A DNA stretch of 64,000 nucleotides from Synechococcus sp. Lineage in GTDB: Bacteria > Cyanobacteriota > Cyanobacteriia > PCC-6307 > Cyanobiaceae. How positions within the stretch are numbered: the stretch's first letter is position 1; each line of letters starts with the position of its first letter. Under the pieces are notes generated by a model. That model was given only the letters and a program-made list of their open reading frames with translations. It did not search any database and had not been told where the DNA came from. The stretch is taken from the NCBI GenBank assembly GCA_047285805.1, contig JBJBCN010000002.1, positions 384,001-448,000 of the forward strand, read 5' to 3'. This document shows, piece after piece, positions 63,134 to 64,000 of the stretch. The translations under genes and the position numbers were made by a program.

Positions 63134-64000
63134 TTACTCCATCGCAAGTCGCTCGAGCTTTCCCTTTAGGTAGCGAATGAACGATTGATGATCTAGCGGC
63201 CGACCGCTTACCCGCTCCACTAATTCCATAGCGTTGACACTGCGACCCAGCGGATAGACCCGTTCACCGAGCCATTGGCCTAGCGCTGCGTCTTTCCTGG
63301 AATCGAGCAGTGTTTCGATAGGGCCGATTTGAGCTTCTACCGTTTCGCTGATTTGTGCGCTTATCAGGTGGCCTAGCCCATATGAGGGGAAATAGCCAAA
63401 CATTCCCTCGCTCCAGTGCACGTCCTGGAGGCAGCCCTCTCGGTCCGTTTTTGGTTGGATGCCTAGGAGTTCTCTCATGCTCTGATTCCAGGCGCTGGGC
63501 AGCTCCTCAACCGGTAGTTCTCCCTCGATCAGCTGTAGCTCTAATTCGTAACGCAGTAGTACGTGTAGGCAGTAGCTGACCTCATCTGCCTCGACGCGTG
63601 TCAACCCTGGTTCGATTCGGTTGAGGTCCCGCCAGAAGGCTCTCGGGCTTCCCCAATAATCTCTGCCTAGGGCACTAGCGAAGCGGGGATGCCAGCGTTT
63701 GGCGATGGCTTCGCTTCGGGCTAATCGGTTCTCGTAGAAGAGGCTCTGACTTTCGTGAATAGCCATTGAGGTCGCTTCACCTAAGGGCCATGGGAACCAG
63801 TGCTCACCGGAGCGCGGTAGACCCTGCTCGTAGAGGCTGTGCCCCCATTCATGGGCGGTGGCCAGGAAAGCGGAAAATGGCTTACCGGTCACCACACGGG
63901 TGGTGATCCTGAAATCGTCCGGTCCGAGTGTGCTTGAGAACGGATGGGGTGAACGAGCTCGGTGGCATCGCTGTTTGCTGTACCCCCACTCCTGCAGCAA
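63134..64000 (-). CDS. M32 carboxypeptidase (Taq family), 3' part; start outside window
   Basis: HPF, DFRITTR, HEWGH..YEQG, HESQS, RVEADE, GCLQDVHWS, GYFPSY. Confidence 0.95.
   Translation of the reverse strand: MLQEWGYSKQRCHRARSPHPFSSTLGPDDFRITTRVVTGKPFSAFLATAHEWGHSLYEQGLPRSGEHWFPWPLGEATSMAIHESQSLFYENRLARSEAIAKRWHPRFASALGRDYWGSPRAFWRDLNRIEPGLTRVEADEVSYCLHVLLRYELELQLIEGELPVEELPSAWNQSMRELLGIQPKTDREGCLQDVHWSEGMFGYFPSYGLGHLISAQISETVEAQIGPIETLLDSRKDAALGQWLGERVYPLGRSVNAMELVERVSGRPLDHQSFIRYLKGKLERLAME

Overview
High-GC picocyanobacterial (Synechococcus/Cyanobium-like) chromosome segment in three parts. (1) 1-~2800: the end of an integrated element. It carries a large serine recombinase and an ORF missing from the ORF track (788 to <1) that contains four palindromic iteron-like repeats. 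The element appears to sit inside a truncated M23 peptidase gene. (2) ~3060-43560: ordinary core genes (hemH, cobO, pyrH, frr, tal, ftsI, lepB, ppa, proS, psb27, purA, cutA, cobK, argB, priA, rpoD, hemC, a ClC channel, a second ppa) plus a GT2-GtrA/ArnT/PAP2 cassette. (3) ~43640-63130: an AT-rich island between ppa and an M32 carboxypeptidase, with no integrase seen. It holds a seemingly complete RiPP cluster: one Nif11-like double-glycine precursor (Cys-free core STVEWAGVGVAAGAAGA), two YcaO-TfuA pairs flanking a GT4 glycosyltransferase, a Coq4-like protein, an APH-like kinase, and an NHLP-type export set (C39 peptidase-ABC, second ABC, HlyD adaptor, TolC). This putative thioamidated and possibly glycosylated peptide pathway is the strongest candidate for an undescribed system. 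All family calls come from motif recognition by eye; no database searches were run. Start codons were adjusted by eye where the track's longest ORF was implausible.
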